Below, piece after piece: positions 63,297 through 64,000 of a stretch of 64,000 nt of DNA (position 1 is the first letter of the stretch; the number at the start of each line of letters is the position of its first letter). The notes beneath the pieces were generated by a model. That model worked only from the letters and a program-made list of their open reading frames with translations, was not told the DNA's origin and made no database searches. The DNA comes from Candidatus Binatia bacterium (GTDB lineage Bacteria > Desulfobacterota > Binatia > UBA9968). The position numbers were made by a program, and so were the translations under genes. The DNA lies in NCBI GenBank assembly GCA_046757725.1, contig JBHHYU010000005.1, positions 4,947 to 68,946 of the forward strand, read 5' to 3'.

Positions 63297-64000
<704 letters not shown>

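Overview
This 64 kb window is bacterial chromosomal DNA of about 50% GC, densely coded on both strands. It reads like a diderm bacterium, since a complete System I cytochrome c maturation operon is present.

Most genes are core housekeeping functions:
- Pyruvate dehydrogenase E1, E2 and E3 (aceE, aceF, lpd), with a divergent lipoate ligase-family gene.
- A valS-nadC-birA-coaX run ending in an EF-G-like gene.
- The complete ccmABCDEFGH(I) operon.
- mdh-sucCD-ndk-rlmN-mtnP.
- A UDP-sugar and glycosyltransferase block followed by lepA and lepB.
- An assimilatory sulfur block: a NuoB-like Fe-S protein, a ferredoxin-type sulfite/nitrite reductase homologue, a hypothetical protein, and an APS/PAPS reductase.
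- A menaquinone side-chain pair (polyprenyl synthase and UbiE/MenG methyltransferase).
- A cold-shock protein gene (cspA) with a good sigma70 promoter.
- Two tRNAs: a CAU-anticodon Met-type tRNA and tRNA-Leu(CAG).

The stand-out region is a minus-strand accessory cluster at about 6.7 to 13.6 kb. Its 3' end lies roughly 1.3 kb from the 3' end of the CAU-anticodon tRNA, with a GNAT acetyltransferase gene in between. The cluster encodes:
- a stand-alone NRPS-type adenylation-thiolation (A-T) didomain that appears to carry Asn, not Asp, at the alpha-amino-recognising position (aryl-acid type);
- a class I (family 3, catechol-type) O-methyltransferase translationally coupled to a 465-aa protein;
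- that 465-aa protein, which has a radical-SAM-like core but a non-canonical C-x8-C-x2-C cysteine triad;
- a DUF3500-family protein;
- a small secreted RTX-type calcium-binding repeat protein.

I read this as a candidate, previously uncharacterised small-molecule (aryl/catechol-derived) biosynthetic or modification system, possibly island-borne.

Other oddities:
- an EF-G paralogue with degenerate G1 and G4 GTPase motifs;
- a stand-alone NuoB-like protein beside the sulfite reductase homologue, which itself has a roughly 160-aa C-terminal extension;
- an atypical receiver-like gene immediately upstream of valS;
- a 585-nt GC-rich non-coding gap.

No CRISPR arrays, IS elements or integrases were seen.
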